Of a stretch of 64,000 nt of DNA, positions 1 through 11,235 are shown piece by piece. This DNA comes from a virus (taxonomy: Duplodnaviria; Caudoviricetes): positions 1 through 64,000 of IMG/VR virus record IMGVR_UViG_2888055400_000002. One strand, 5' to 3'. The notes under the pieces are model-generated. The model had not been told where the DNA came from, ran no database searches, and worked only from the letters and a program-made list of their open reading frames with translations. Each line of letters begins with the position of its first letter. Within the stretch, counting starts at the first letter, position 1. The position numbers were made by a program, and so were the translations under genes.

Positions 1-207
1 CTATTGATGAGAAGAGGGAAGAGTAATATCTTCGGAAACTCTCTGTTCTTCTAAATTTGAAAATTTTCTCATTAAAACATTAATTTTTTTAGATATCTCA
101 TTCAAACTTTTCCATTGATCAGTTACCACGCAAGAAAGCTCGTCAATAAGTTTTTCTTGATAAGCTAGCTTCGTTTCTAATTCTATTAGCCTATTTTCAT
201 CCGACAT
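1..207 (-). CDS. slyX: SlyX family protein
   Basis: RLIELETKLAYQEKLIDELS...DQW coiled-coil pattern typical of SlyX; stop codon at window start. Confidence 0.85.
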   Translation of the reverse strand: MSDENRLIELETKLAYQEKLIDELSCVVTDQWKSLNEISKKINVLMRKFSNLEEQRVSEDITLPSSHQ

Positions 208-660
208 GGCTCTTATTCCATCTTAAATAGAAGAACATATTTAAATTATTAAATCCTCTTTTTATTCTTATTTCTATAAGAATGAGAAGTCCTTTTTCTA
301 CCCATTCCACTGATCTTATCTTCACATAATAAAGGTTGGTAATATCTTTTATTCCCCTAATCGTTTACCCAATATTTTTTCCTTTGCATAGAAAAAGAAA
401 ATATCCCATCATTTTTTCCTCTCCAAAGATGCACTATTTTCATACCGACTTCTAAGTTTAAATGTAATCGTAAATTGGAAAGCATTTTATAGCATCAAGA
501 TCAAAAATATTGTTCTGCTTTTAAACCCTTGTACTCCCCTCCTCCTCCCTCAATAATTACAGCATGTTATAAATTAGTGAAAAAAATGCATACTTGCTTT
601 TGTATGGACTTTTGGCTATTACCCTCGAACTGACTGTTGTCTCATTATATACAAATCTAG

Positions 661-736
661 GCCGCATTAGCTCAGTTGGTAGAGCACATCATTCGTAATG
701 ATGGGGTCGCTGGTTCGAATCCGGCATGCGGCACCA
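661..736 (+). tRNA. tRNA-Thr(CGT)
   Basis: Acceptor stem GCCGCAT/ATGCGGC+ACCA, D-arm AGCTCAGTTGGTAGAGC, anticodon stem CATCA-TTCGTAA-TGATG, T-loop GGTTCGAATCC. Confidence 0.97.
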
Positions 737-747
737 TTTTGTGTCTT

Positions 748-814
748 TAACATATTGAAATATATAGATTTTTTCTTTGATTGGCAATTTTTAGACCACC
801 TTTTGGACCACCTT
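748..814. promoter_or_regulatory. Prophage att-arm region: IHF-like site and integrase arm-type direct repeats
   Basis: TAACATATTGAAA just after the tRNA 3' end; GACCACCTT at 794-802 and 806-814 (12-bp period). Confidence 0.55.
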
Positions 815-835
815 ATACAGTTTATATAATTTTAC

Positions 836-1039
836 CTAATTTGTTCTTATTTGCTCCTTATTTTTCTTTGGAGTGAATGCCAAGATTTCTTTCTTTCTCC
901 ATCTCACTGCTCTCCCTAATTTATAGGGTTCAGGAAACTCTCCCTGAAGCACCCAATTGCGAATCGTTGTTGTGGATACGCTAAAAAGCTGTGCACATTC
1001 ACGTGTCGTTACATATCTATCGCCATCATCAAATATCAT
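836..1039 (-). CDS. AlpA-family excisionase / recombination directionality factor
   Basis: HTH CAQLFSVSTTTIRNWV followed by GEFPEPYKLGRAVRW. Confidence 0.88.
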   Translation of the reverse strand: MIFDDGDRYVTTRECAQLFSVSTTTIRNWVLQGEFPEPYKLGRAVRWRKKEILAFTPKKNKEQIRTN

Positions 1040-1114
1040 CTCATGACCTTTCTCTTTTTTATATTACATAAGTGGGCGGGGATGCTCGGGAGGAGAAGAG
1101 CACCCCCATAAACT

Positions 1115-1737
1115 TCAAGCAGCTTTTGTCAAAATCTTTTTCATGTCTTGTTCTATTTCCCCTAAAAAGGCTTCAACAGCTTTATTAATCTCTTCAATGT
1201 GTTTCTCATCACGGAGAATGCGTTTGATTTTCATTCTCAAACCAGTAGATTTGCCTACAAAGTTTGGATTATAGCTCATGAAATGACACCATTTGCGTCC
1301 TGTGCATGCCATTTGGAATTGCATCTGCGCGTGATATTCAGGCTTGATTTCGTCATACATAAAAAACGAAGATGGGTCGTTGATTGCGGGCATTTGACTT
1401 CAACTAAACCGTCATCACCAACAAACCCATCAGGACTAGCCCCCGCCATTTCCATTTTTGGGTGTGGGATAAACCCGCATCTTGTAACATTGGTGTCATA
1501 AATGAGTTCATATTCTTTCAAGGCATTATCCTCATGTTCAATGCCCCATTGCATAGCAGGTGTTGTATAAGATTGGCTTATTTCCCCTGTTAAGCGCTCT
1601 GTCATGAGTTTCATTTTGTAGTCTTCATATTTGCTTGTCGGCAAACCTTTTGCTGTCTTACTGAGTACGTTGTAAACATTAGATGCGGTGACTTTCCCTA
1701 GCCGCGCTTGAAACCATTCTGCTGTCCTTTGTTCCAT
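1115..1737 (-). pseudogene. YqaJ/lambda-exonuclease family recombination nuclease, frameshifted near 1365-1375
   Basis: MEQRTAEWFQARLGKVTAS, GASPDG, LVEVKCP in one frame; YHAQMQFQMACTGRKWCHF in another. Confidence 0.88.
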
Positions 1738-1738
1738 C

Positions 1739-2515
1739 TCACACCGCCGTTTGTTGCTCTTGTGGTGGTAAGGATTGTTGTGCTTCATTCATTTGCGTGC
1801 GTTGCTTTTTTTTCAAAGAAAACAAAGCGGTTTGTGCTTGTTTATAAGACATATCTGTGATTTTTTTCTCTCCTATGAAAGAGAGAAGTTGCTTTCATCT
1901 GATTGTGTCTGTTCTATTAATTCTCTGATCTCATTCATTTGTTCAGGAGAGATACCTGAAAGAAGTGTTATTCCATCTGTATCGTCTTCTTTTCTTGCGA
2001 CATTAAGAAGCATGCCTAAGAGATATCTACGTGCGTAGGTGAGAGTAGAACCAACCGCTTGTATGTTATTTTTGCTCCCTGTAGCGTCAAAAGGAAATGT
2101 TCCTTCTGTTGATATTTCATTGCCTGATATATGCTTTAAAGCCATTTCTACAGTTATACTATTCGAACTCTGCTCTTTGATACGAGAGAACAAGGCAAAG
2201 TGATATTTTGCAAGAGGTTCTTTGATTGCATCAATATATTTATCAAGTGTTGTATAGAGGCTTTTAGTATGTGTATTAATGGCGTTTTGTTCGATACTTT
2301 TGTATTCCATTTGCATCGCGGAAAGATCACGGACAAAGTTTTGGCGCTCTTGTCGTTCTATCTCTTTTTTCTCGCAATTCGAGAAGACGCTTGAGACGAT
2401 CCATATCAACATCATTTTCTAATGCTCTGGTTAAAATGCGTTCCATAGCTGTAGCTTTGGCTGCTAAATGTTGTGTTTCTTCAATTTCTGTTAGGTTAGT
2501 GTTTTGTTCACTCAT
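1739..2515 (-). pseudogene. ERF-family single-strand annealing protein, frameshifted
   Basis: IQAVGSTLTYARRYLLGMLLNV..EDDTDG ERF motif; N-terminus (2327-2515) and C-terminus are in other frames. Confidence 0.85.
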
Positions 2516-2655
2516 CTTGATTTCCTTTCATTGCACGCAATTCTCCCGTGGCGTGAATCACGCTTGTGTTTAAAAGTTGGTTGTGTGGTTAGAAATGGCT
2601 TATAGAGATACTATAAGATTAGTCGTTCGTATTTCTTTTCCATGATGATTTCCTT

Positions 2656-3391
2656 TTAATGCATGGTTTGTCTTTTAAGCTCTTGAGAAAGCACACCAAT
2701 TCCTTTTGCTGTGATTTTTGCGCAAGGAATGATTTTTTCTATTCCACTGCGGTTTGGAGTGTGATAGTTGGACAATCCATAAGTTGCTTTTGGATTTTGT
2801 CTTGATAAGGAAGCAAATTTCCACCTGCTGCTCGTCTGTAAACCCATCCTTTTTTCTGTAAGAAGAGAATGAACTGTTTTGGGTTGCATCTCGAGTATTT
2901 TAGCGGCTTCTGTAAGACAAACAGTCCATTATGACGCTGTAAGCTTTCAAGAGCCATTGCCTTTGGTTTAAGGGTACTCACTTCACTTTTTAAAATCTCT
3001 AATTGTGTGACGCTTTCTAAAAGCAATTTTTTCACAACAGAGGGTCTTCTAAAGCATTTGCAAGGTCTAAAGGTTTCTTTGCACGCCGTTCACATTCAAT
3101 AAAATATTGACGGGCTTGTTTACCTTTTTCATTACGCTCTACCATGGCGAGCTCTTTAGCCATGTCTAATGTGAGGTGGTATTCTACTGCTATGGCATTG
3201 TTTGCCTCCACTTTTTTGTGGAAGCGAATAAAGTCTTGTCCGTCAAGAAAAGCATACGCCATGATGCGTTTTTTTATCCAAGTGGAAAAATCTTGTTTGC
3301 TTTGCAAAAACGCATGTAATTCACGTGCGTTGACTGTTGGAACTCTTGTGTTATTAACAGTGCTTTCTGATATTGTAATGAGATTGCTCAT
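2656..3391 (-). pseudogene. Phage antirepressor (AntA/AntB N-terminus + KilAC C-terminus), frameshifted
   Basis: VNARELHAFL..QDFSTWIK..EYHLTLDMAKELAMVERNEKGKQARQYFIECE; C-terminal KITAKG motif; split over three ORFs. Confidence 0.88.
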
Positions 3392-3430
3392 AATAAATTC
3401 CGTTGCCTAGTATCGATGATATTGTTTGCG

Positions 3431-3450
3431 AAGGGGCTTAAGCGCCCCTT
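3431..3450. terminator. Intrinsic terminator-like hairpin
   Basis: AAGGGGC-TTAAGC-GCCCCTT. Confidence 0.55.
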
Positions 3451-3454
3451 ATTT

Positions 3455-3827
3455 TTAAAGCACATCACAAGGACGCAAACGGTGTTGTTGTTCGTAAGTA
3501 CCGTACATTGCATCGTCATATTCACGCTGTTTTATATCGTCTAAAAAAAACCGTATGCTGTGCTGTGTAAAATAAAGTCATGAGGTATGTTTCCGTTGAA
3601 ACACTGTTCTTCACGTTCTCTAAGATAAAATTCCGCGATATCTTCAGAAATATCTTCGCAACTGTTCTCAGAAGGATTTATGCGAAGGATTTGGATTGCA
3701 TCATCTGCTTCGTCAACAATCTCTAAAATTTGGCTTTCATCAAGCGGACCTGACTCTCCAATGTGTTGATCATCATCGTAAACAACTAATAAAATTTCAT
3801 GGAATTAATAAGAATTGGATTTTCCAT
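3455..3827 (-). pseudogene. Acidic phage hypothetical protein, frameshifted; absent from the ORF track
   Basis: RBS GGAGGAGA, ATG at 3827 (MENPILINS..), continuing LVVYDDDQHIGESGPLDESQILEIVD...HRLRPCDVL* across frameshifts. Confidence 0.6.
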
Positions 3828-3887
3828 AATTTTCTCCTCCCCAACGCCTCTTGGCAATTGTTTATTTGCGGTTTGTATAATTACTTA

Positions 3888-3903
3888 TATAACTATAATT
3901 ATA
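3888..3903. promoter_or_regulatory. Putative repressor operator (OL-like)
   Basis: Imperfect palindrome TATAACTATAATTATA, identical to 4657-4672. Confidence 0.65.
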
Positions 3904-3985
3904 AAATAGCAAGCAAAAAATTATAAAAAGTTATATTTTTTATAAAAATTATTATAATATCTTGCTGAATAAGAGGGGAGGATAA

Positions 3986-4601
3986 TTAGCGATAAGTCCG
4001 AATCATCTTGCTGTAAGAACTTATTGGCAAAATAGCAAATATCTCTCCAACCCACACAATTTTAACATTCTTAATGGGTGAGGCATTCCAAGAAAGCAGA
4101 TCTATTTCACCATTCATGCCCCTGCTAATCTGCTTTATATATCTTTTATTATCATGTGTTAAAATAACGGCTTCTTTGCCAAAAAAGGATTCTATTGTTT
4201 TAATTTGGCGCCGTCTTACGATAACCATATCTCCATCTTTATAAGCTGGAAGCATAGAATCTCCTTTAACTTCAAAAGCAACCATATCATCAGGTAAAGC
4301 AAAAGGAATTTCTACTTGTTCAAGACCATCTTCTGGGATTTGTTCAAAGCTTGGATCTATCTGTGTTCCTGCTCCAATATACCCCATAAGAGGAACAAAA
4401 GTTGTTAAGTGATTGTCTCCTTTTAGTTCTTTATATAATTCTAAATGGCATTCGATTAGAGCCGCGTGGATCAGAATCTTTTAACCACTTAGACACTGAA
4501 GCTTGTGTTACGTTTAACCGTTTGGCTACATCTTCTTGCGTTAAGTTAAACTCGGTCAAAATCTTTTTTAATGTGCTTATGATATTAGATTTATTACTCA
4601 T
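3986..4601 (-). pseudogene. CI-like repressor (XRE HTH + S24 autopeptidase), frameshifted near 4445-4455
   Basis: ATG 4601 MSNKSNII..LTQEDVAKRLNVTQASVSKW HTH; downstream frame FEVKGDSMLP..YIKQ S24 motif. Confidence 0.87.
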
Positions 4602-4656
4602 ACTTCTGCTTACCTTATTTTTTTATCGTTGATAAAGATAAATTTCCTTGACTTTG

Positions 4657-4672
4657 TATAACTATAATTATA
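4657..4672. promoter_or_regulatory. Putative repressor operator (OR-like) between divergent cI and cro, just after TTGACT (4648-4653)
   Basis: TATAACTATAATTATA, identical to 3888-3903. Confidence 0.7.
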
Positions 4673-4710
4673 CGAATAAAATAAGACAAAGCTGTAATTG
4701 GAGCTTGTAA

Positions 4711-4962
4711 ATGGATCAACGAGAAGATTTTAAGAATTTGGCTAAGTCAATACGAGGCAAATTTAATTGGACACAATCAGAAATGGCGAAAATGCTTGGT
4801 GTAACTCAAGCAGCAGTTTGCAAGTGGGAAAAAAGAGGATCTATCTCTGTAATAAATTATTTAAAGCTGCAAGAATTGAAAGGCAGCTCTGTTTCTAGTT
4901 CTGCTTTTATTGCTGCTCCTACAGACAATAATGAACAGCAACAGCACCATTCACACTCTTAA
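4711..4962 (+). CDS. Cro-like XRE HTH regulator
   Basis: WTQSEMAKMLGVTQAAVCKWE, divergent from cI. Confidence 0.85.
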   Translation: MDQREDFKNLAKSIRGKFNWTQSEMAKMLGVTQAAVCKWEKRGSISVINYLKLQELKGSSVSSSAFIAAPTDNNEQQQHHSHS

Positions 4963-5097
4963 ACAGGCATTAAATAATATGAAGAAAGGAAAATAAAAAT
5001 GGATTACGGTTTAGCAATATCATTACTGTCCATATCAGTTATCGTTTGAATATAATTGTATTTTTCACTGGTACAATAATAGATAGGGGCAAAATTA

Positions 5098-5479
5098 TGA
5101 GAAAAAAAGAAAGCTTAGAGATGTATTACAATTTCGCAATGATTATTATGCTTTTTACGACCAATGTAATCACGATTTTTTGTTTTTATGTTCTCATAAA
5201 AAAATGCAAAGCTCTACAAAGGTGTTGCAAAGACCATATTACACTTTTCACATTTTGAAAGATTCAATAAAAGAAATGGATTTTCCAGACGGCAGCAAAA
5301 TTATTTTTCATGATTCTGATTGGAATTTTTCTCTTGATGCAAATGATAATTTGATAGTTCAAAGTACTTTAGGACCTTCATTGTCCATCAGGGCATATGG
5401 TGACGCATATGGTTTCAAAAAGTATCTTATAGATAATTTTCAGAATATAATCGGTCTATACATTGATGCAACGAGATAA
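5098..5479 (+). pseudogene. Hypothetical phage protein, probably frameshifted
   Basis: Overlapping ORFs 5046-5258 and 5180-5479 with an N-terminal hydrophobic stretch. Confidence 0.35.
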
Positions 5480-5533
5480 GATAGAGAAACTATCCGCTCA
5501 TAAGAGAAAGAAAGTAAGTGAATTTGATTACTT

Positions 5534-6150
5534 TTAGTTCCGTGAAATTAGAGTACTAGTCATCACAAAAGGAACCAAGATAAAATTAGGTTTGAGTGTT
5601 TTTGTCGGATAATTTGGAGAAGTATGTTCTACAATGATATTTATAGGCTGTATTTCAGATGGATTGCGCATTGCAAAAATGAGTAAAAATGTTAGTTCGC
5701 TTTTACTCCCAATACTAAATAGATCATACCATTCATTTTGGATTGGGTTGAGTTTAGGGGTTATCAAGTTGACGTGGTTTTCTTGTGTTTTAATGAAGAT
5801 GTCTTCTGTTTGTTTTTGCAATTCTAAGTTGGATTTAGGATATGAGACATGAACAAATTGAAAGGGGCTCTTTTTATCTATCCATATATGATTCAGTCTA
5901 ATCATCTGTTTTGTAGGGTTATAGAAAGTTACTTGTAAATGAACCAACGATGCTGTGATTATATTAAATCCTCCTTTCTTTGATGGAATAACACTATCAC
6001 TCTTGGTTGGGAAATAGATTTCAGTTCTAATTTGGGTCCTAGTTTTCGTTCTTCCTGTTCTTTGTACTTAGTGTAAATTGAAAAAATTGTATGTGCGAAA
6101 TTAATAAGAACAGAAGAAATAGAAAACAATTTAGACACTACTTGAGGCAT
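5534..6150 (-). pseudogene. Hypothetical accessory protein split into two ORFs
   Basis: Adjacent same-strand ORFs 5959-6150 and 5534-5947; GGGGGG RBS before 6150. Confidence 0.45.
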
Positions 6151-6219
6151 TTCCCCCCCATTTCGAAAATAATTACCGTTGAACGGCTTTGGTAAAAATA
6201 ATTTTTAATGGAATAACAA

Positions 6220-6363
6220 ATGACTAACACGATTCTCTGTCTTGATCTAGGTACTAAGACAGGCTGGGCGATATGTTCCAAAGGGTATGCGCTTAAAGAC
6301 GACAACGAAGCAGATGCTTTAGCAATTTTATATTTAATGAAAGAAGGGGGCGCGCATGTCTAA
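6220..6363 (+). pseudogene. Internally deleted phage RuvC-like resolvase remnant (47 aa)
   Basis: MTNTILCLDLGTKTGWAIC joined in frame directly to SKGYALKDDNEADALAIL, the N- and C-terminal motifs of phage RuvC-like proteins. Confidence 0.7.
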
Positions 6364-7434
6364 TGCAATGCCATGGATAAGATTCCATTTGTATGACTGG
6401 ATAAGTGGTACAAATGGAATGACATCTGAACAACGGGGGGTTTATATAACCCTTTCTCGTTTGCATGTATGAAAAAAAAGAACCACTTAAAACAGATTTT
6501 CAAACGCTTGCACGCGTTTGTCATTGTTCGCAGAAAAAATTTGCAGCTATTGTCGAATACTTAATGAGGAATAATAAACTTGTTGAGACAGATAATGGAT
6601 TGTGGAATACGCGCGTTGAAGAAGAGCTGAACGATTTTGCTGATAAAAAAGAGCACATATCGCAAGTTCGTAGTGAAGCTGGTAAAAAAGGTGCGCAAGC
6701 AAAAAACAATACAAAACAACATGTTAATAATTTTGCTGAAGCAAATGACAAGCAAAACGTTTTTTTTGCTGAAGCAAATGCTAAGCAAAATCAAGCTATA
6801 AAGAACCAGAATAAGAATATATATAAAAAAACTAACACTATCGTGTTAGCAAAAAAAGAAATCGATTCTGAAAATTTAGAAACGAACGAACAGGTTGACG
6901 AGCCAACTGAGGTTGCTGCTTGCGAAAACCAACCAGAACAAATCACAACGGTATCTGAAACCAACCTCCCATTCACGAGCAAGAGAACGTTTCCCAAAAA
7001 GCAAAACGAGCGAAGCTAATCGCGGTTGTCGATTGCCAGAGGATTTTGAACCTAATTTGCAATACGCAATCGATAAAGGCTTAACGCATGATGAGGCGCT
7101 GTTAGAAAACCGAACGGTTCAAAAATTTTTGGCTAGCAAGATCAGGAAAAGATGCAACCAAAACGGATTGGCAAAGGACTTGGTACAATTGGGTTACAAA
7201 CCGGAATGGAACTCTAGCCAAGAAAAAGAAAAACAGGTAGGTGGAAACTATGGAAATCACTCTCAAAGGCAAAAAAGCGTTGGTGAACGCATCGCAGACA
7301 GCATCCTTGATATCGGGTCTCGAGGTCACTTTGAAGCACATTCACGAAATGATAGCCTCAGGGTTCCCTTTGGTTTTGAAGAATGGCAGTGCATTGACAC
7401 AACAGCAGGAAGCGATTGCCTTAGATGCTTGTGA
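6356..7434 (+). pseudogene. DUF1376/YdaU-type phage replication protein, multiply frameshifted
   Basis: MSNAMPWIRFHLYDWISGT..MTSEQRGVYITL from ATG 6356; continues in ORFs 6465-7019 and 6895-7434 (RGCRLPEDFEP). Confidence 0.78.
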
Positions 7435-7866
7435 TCAACTTCACGAGTTGTTTTCAGTGAAAGCGAGCAAAGAGGACATAGCCAAGGCAATTCGGATGCT
7501 TTCGTGTGGTTTGAAAATATCGCAACAGGCAGATCATGAGGGAATGGCGCTTACCTATGGAATGGTTTTGGAAAGTGTTTCTGCATGGTCACTGATGAAA
7601 ACGGTAAAACGGATTTTGTGTGATGAGGTAGAAGGTTTATCGGATACGTTTTTCCAAGTACCCGCGAGCTTGTGAGATTGTGTCGTGATTTGGAAACCAA
7701 TCTTTTGAACAAAGCAAATGTTGTTCGCAAGGCTGTTTTGAACACCCGTGAAAAAAGGCTGAAAGAGAAGGCAATGAGAGAGAATTCAAAACCACTCACG
7801 TTGGTTGAAAAGCAAGATCTTGAAGAAACTTTAACTGGGCTTGGGGGAACAATGAAAAACATTTGA
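7250..7866 (+). pseudogene. Phage replication-region hypothetical protein, frameshifted near 7655
   Basis: ORFs 7241-7675 and 7672-7866 join at DTFF(PS)TRELVRLCRDLE. Confidence 0.55.
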
Positions 7867-8047
7867 GACAGCAAAATAGTGAAAAGTGGTGATTGTTTTG
7901 TGATTATATATGCATTTAAATCGATAAAAAGGTACAGTACAAAGCGATTTAGTAATTTTTTGATACAACCCACATAAGGAATTAAAAACGCTTTGTACGA
8001 TCAAATTTGAGGCAAATAGACCAATTAGTAAAATTATGGACTAAAAC

Positions 8048-8392
8048 ATGAGAATATTAAAAGATCTATTCTTAAAAAAGCGTAAACAGCCAATGAAAAA
8101 AGAATTTGTTGCAACAGCTGTTGGTTATGTTCCTTGGGGGGACGGAGCAGCTGAGTATTTTTACAATCTCTACGAATATGAAGATGGCACAAGAGAGTGT
8201 GAAAAGTTTGATGGGGCAGTATTATACCACACCAGAAAATGCGGATTTTAGTACCAAAGCGCAAGTGAAAGCATGGGTTTATGGGGGTGATGTCCCTAAA
8301 AGCGTTCTGATATCAAACCTCTCATAGACGAGATCAACAGAGAGATCAAAAAAATATCGAAAAACACAGGAAAAGAACATGTTTACAGATAA
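8048..8392 (+). pseudogene. Phage hypothetical protein, frameshifted
   Basis: ORFs 8048-8251 and 8106-8327 join at EKFDG(G)QYYTTPENADF. Confidence 0.55.
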
Positions 8393-8897
8393 ACAGCTAA
8401 GAGCCTTGTTTGGCATTATAACTTTTATATTTTTATGTTTTTTAGGAATAAGAAAAAATATTGATGTTATTCAGAGTATTTTGACATTCGCGTCTGTTTC
8501 TTTGGTGGTAGTAACAACTGTTTTTGCAATTTTATGCAATTCTAATATCCCTTCTGAGTTGCAGAACAACCCAAAATATAAAGATGATGATACAACGGCT
8601 TGGGTGAAACTAACACGTGATTTACAACAATATATGCACCAACTCTTAAATATAATAATTTTAGCACTTGTCGTTTTAATTTTCCCAAATAGTTATAAAG
8701 AAACTGTTTCTTTGCTTGCTATTTCTAAGTACGTGGAGCACAAGCTTTCTTTTTCATTGGATACCATACTTTGGTACTCAGATATTGCTCTTTGGTACTC
8801 TCTTTTAGTTTGTATATTCTTTCTTATTTTGCGTACACGCAGTTTGATAAATATATCTATCCTCACCCTGCAGTGTTCCATTATCAAGCCACAGTGA
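8379..8897 (+). CDS. Hypothetical multi-pass membrane protein (low-GC accessory gene)
   Basis: 172-aa ORF with about four hydrophobic segments. Confidence 0.6.
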   Translation: MFTDKQLRALFGIITFIFLCFLGIRKNIDVIQSILTFASVSLVVVTTVFAILCNSNIPSELQNNPKYKDDDTTAWVKLTRDLQQYMHQLLNIIILALVVLIFPNSYKETVSLLAISKYVEHKLSFSLDTILWYSDIALWYSLLVCIFFLILRTRSLINISILTLQCSIIKPQ

Positions 8898-8944
8898 AAT
8901 TTCCGATTTTGATAGAGTTTTCGTTATATATACAGGAGGATTCA

Positions 8945-9466
8945 GTGAACAGATTAATACCTCAATCTGATGGAAATACTAAGGTTCTCCTTGATATGCT
9001 TGATGTTCATCTGAAGAACATTAATGGTTTTATAAAAACTGATTTTTATGACTTTAAGCATATATACGACGGTCCTTTTTAGTTTCCAAGACCAAGTCTT
9101 TTCCACTTGAATCCATTATAATCGTAAATATCGAACAACCAACAAAACATGAAAATAGATCCAATGGATAAAGGCTTGGTTAACCGTGTTTTTGATTATT
9201 TAAACAAAGTTCGTAAAGGTGAGGCTTTCACGATGGATGGATGTCCAATACCAGCATCTCAAAATATTCCTGGATTTTGCTATATTGTCTGTAGTTTAAC
9301 TGAAAATATGAGAAGATATTGTAATCTTTTGGATTTAACTAAAACAAACGACGGTATTGCGATATTTTGGTTACAATAAGAACTACAAACTTATATAGAA
9401 GTTTTGTCTTTTGAAAGCTTAAAAATTGAAGAAACTATGTGGGTTTTAGGACAGAGTAGATATTAA
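8945..9466 (+). pseudogene. Hypothetical accessory protein, fragmented
   Basis: RBS AGGAGG + GTG at 8945; fragments end at 9082 and 9379. Confidence 0.35.
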
Positions 9467-9469
9467 TTT

Positions 9470-9766
9470 CTAAAGGTGTCCAGCTTGCTCTAAAGGTGAA
9501 ATATGTGGGATTGGGCTATTATGCCGAGCTTGCCACAAATCATGTTTTTGTTGCAATTTAAGCCAAAATTCCGCATCATTTAACCCCGCTTTTTCTAACC
9601 GTAAAGCTAGGTTAATACTAATCACCGCATGACAATTTAAGACGCGTGATAAAGTTAAACGCGCAACACCGAGACGATGTGCTGCTTCTGTTACTGATAA
9701 CCCTAATTCATCAAGCAATTCTTCTTTCAAAATGCCGCCAGGGTGTGGAGGATTGTACATCATCAT
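9470..9766 (-). CDS. higA: HigA family antitoxin
   Basis: [45 protein letters not shown]. Confidence 0.92.
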   Translation of the reverse strand: MMMYNPPHPGGILKEELLDELGLSVTEAAHRLGVARLTLSRVLNCHAVISINLALRLEKAGLNDAEFWLKLQQKHDLWQARHNSPIPHISPLEQAGHL

Positions 9767-9779
9767 AATACCTCAAAAA

Positions 9780-10060
9780 TCAATGATAGTCTTGATAATC
9801 AACAAGTTCAACATCTGTTCCTATAAAGCGAAAAGTAACACGCCAATTGGCATTGACACGCATCGACCAATAACCTTTTAAATTGCCTGTAAGCTCATGG
9901 AGACGATACGATTTAAGGGTTACTTGTTCAGGAGAAGATATCGTATCTAAAATTACCAAAATATTTGCTATTTTTTAGCATGTGCGGGTTGTATACCTTT
10001 GCAAACTCCTCTTTCAAAGAATAATTTCAATCCTTTATGCTTAAAGCTAACAATTGCCAT
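9780..10060 (-). pseudogene. higB: HigB-like (RelE/ParE) toxin with a 1-nt deletion; absent from the ORF track
   Basis: MAIVSFKHKGLKLFFERG..IQPAHAKK then TAG; the shifted frame gives ANILVILD..YRLHELTGNLKGYWSMRVNANWRVTFRF..VDYQDYH*. Confidence 0.88.
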
Positions 10061-10248
10061 ATATTTCCCTTTTGATACTTGATACTATACACCATGCACT
10101 TGTGTCAATCGTTATTTATTTAGAGCACCTTAAAACATAATTTTATATGTTAAAAAATAACAATATCATTTTGAAATAATTGAAAAAATATGCAAATAAT
10201 GCTAAGATTTTGCATGTATAAATTGCACATCAAATGGAACTTACAAGC

Positions 10249-10692
10249 ATGTTAAATAAAGTGACGTTAATCGGGCATTTGGGTGCTGATCCCGAAAGCA
10301 AAACTATGACCTCTGGAGTAGAGGTAGTCAATTTTCGTATAGCAACTTCTGAAAGCTATACAGATAAAAAGACCAATCAAAAAATAGAAAAGACAGAATG
10401 GCATTCCGTTGTAGTTTTCAATCCACATTTGGCAAAAATAGCGCTTCAATATTTGAATAAAGGTTCAAAGGTTTATGTAGAAGGCAAATTACAGACACGC
10501 AAATGGCAAGATAAAAATGGACATGAACGTTACTCAACAGAAATTGTCTTACCACAATTCAAAGGCGAATTGTATTTGCTTGATGCAAAGAAAGGACAAT
10601 CTTCTTCACCTGTTACTTCCCAAAGTTATGCTATCGCTTCAGGTGCTTCTGATTATGGTATATCTCTTAATGATAGCATGCCATTTGATTGA
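10249..10692 (+). CDS. ssb: Phage single-stranded DNA-binding protein
   Basis: [40 protein letters not shown]-terminal PF. Confidence 0.95.
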   Translation: MLNKVTLIGHLGADPESKTMTSGVEVVNFRIATSESYTDKKTNQKIEKTEWHSVVVFNPHLAKIALQYLNKGSKVYVEGKLQTRKWQDKNGHERYSTEIVLPQFKGELYLLDAKKGQSSSPVTSQSYAIASGASDYGISLNDSMPFD

Positions 10693-10698
10693 AAAAAT

Positions 10699-11235
10699 AT
10701 GACAAAAGGGAAAATGTGGGCTCCACAGATTAGGGGATGTATGAGAGAGAAAGATGCTTACATTTCACAGGTGAAAGTACGTCAAGATCCTGTTGATCGA
10801 TTGGCAATTGAAATGCGTGCTAAACGCTTTGGCTTGACTATAGAAGAGGCGAAAAATCCGCTTGCTAGTACCTATATTGGGCGGCTTTGTTTGCAAGGCG
10901 TGCTTACTCAAGACCAGTATGATGCCGCTCAAAAATATCTTGAAATAAAAAATGACTATTTGTGTGCAAAAGGTTTACCAAGCGCTGTTTATGATGAAAT
11001 ACCATCATCTTCTGATGACAAAGCAAGAGAGAAATGGGTCGAATTTGCAACAGAGCAGTTTTTTAATATGCAAGAGGTGATAAAAGAAACACAACATCTC
11101 TATAGACAGTATAATCTTTATGCAGCAATACAATATATTGCTATAGAAGACCAAACATTACCACATCTTGTGAATTCATTGCGGGTCGCTCTTAACGCGC
11201 TTCATAAATATTTTGACAGAAAAACTAAATGGTAA
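10699..11235 (+). CDS. Conserved phage protein, possible late-gene regulator/antiterminator
   Basis: 178-aa ORF; last early-region gene before the late promoter (function inferred from position only). Confidence 0.55.
   Translation: MTKGKMWAPQIRGCMREKDAYISQVKVRQDPVDRLAIEMRAKRFGLTIEEAKNPLASTYIGRLCLQGVLTQDQYDAAQKYLEIKNDYLCAKGLPSAVYDEIPSSSDDKAREKWVEFATEQFFNMQEVIKETQHLYRQYNLYAAIQYIAIEDQTLPHLVNSLRVALNALHKYFDRKTKW

Noticed and set aside
1115-10060. Programmed frameshifting or phase variation as the explanation for the split early genes
   Set aside because: Too many unrelated genes are affected, with no consistent slippery site; sequencing error or decay is simpler
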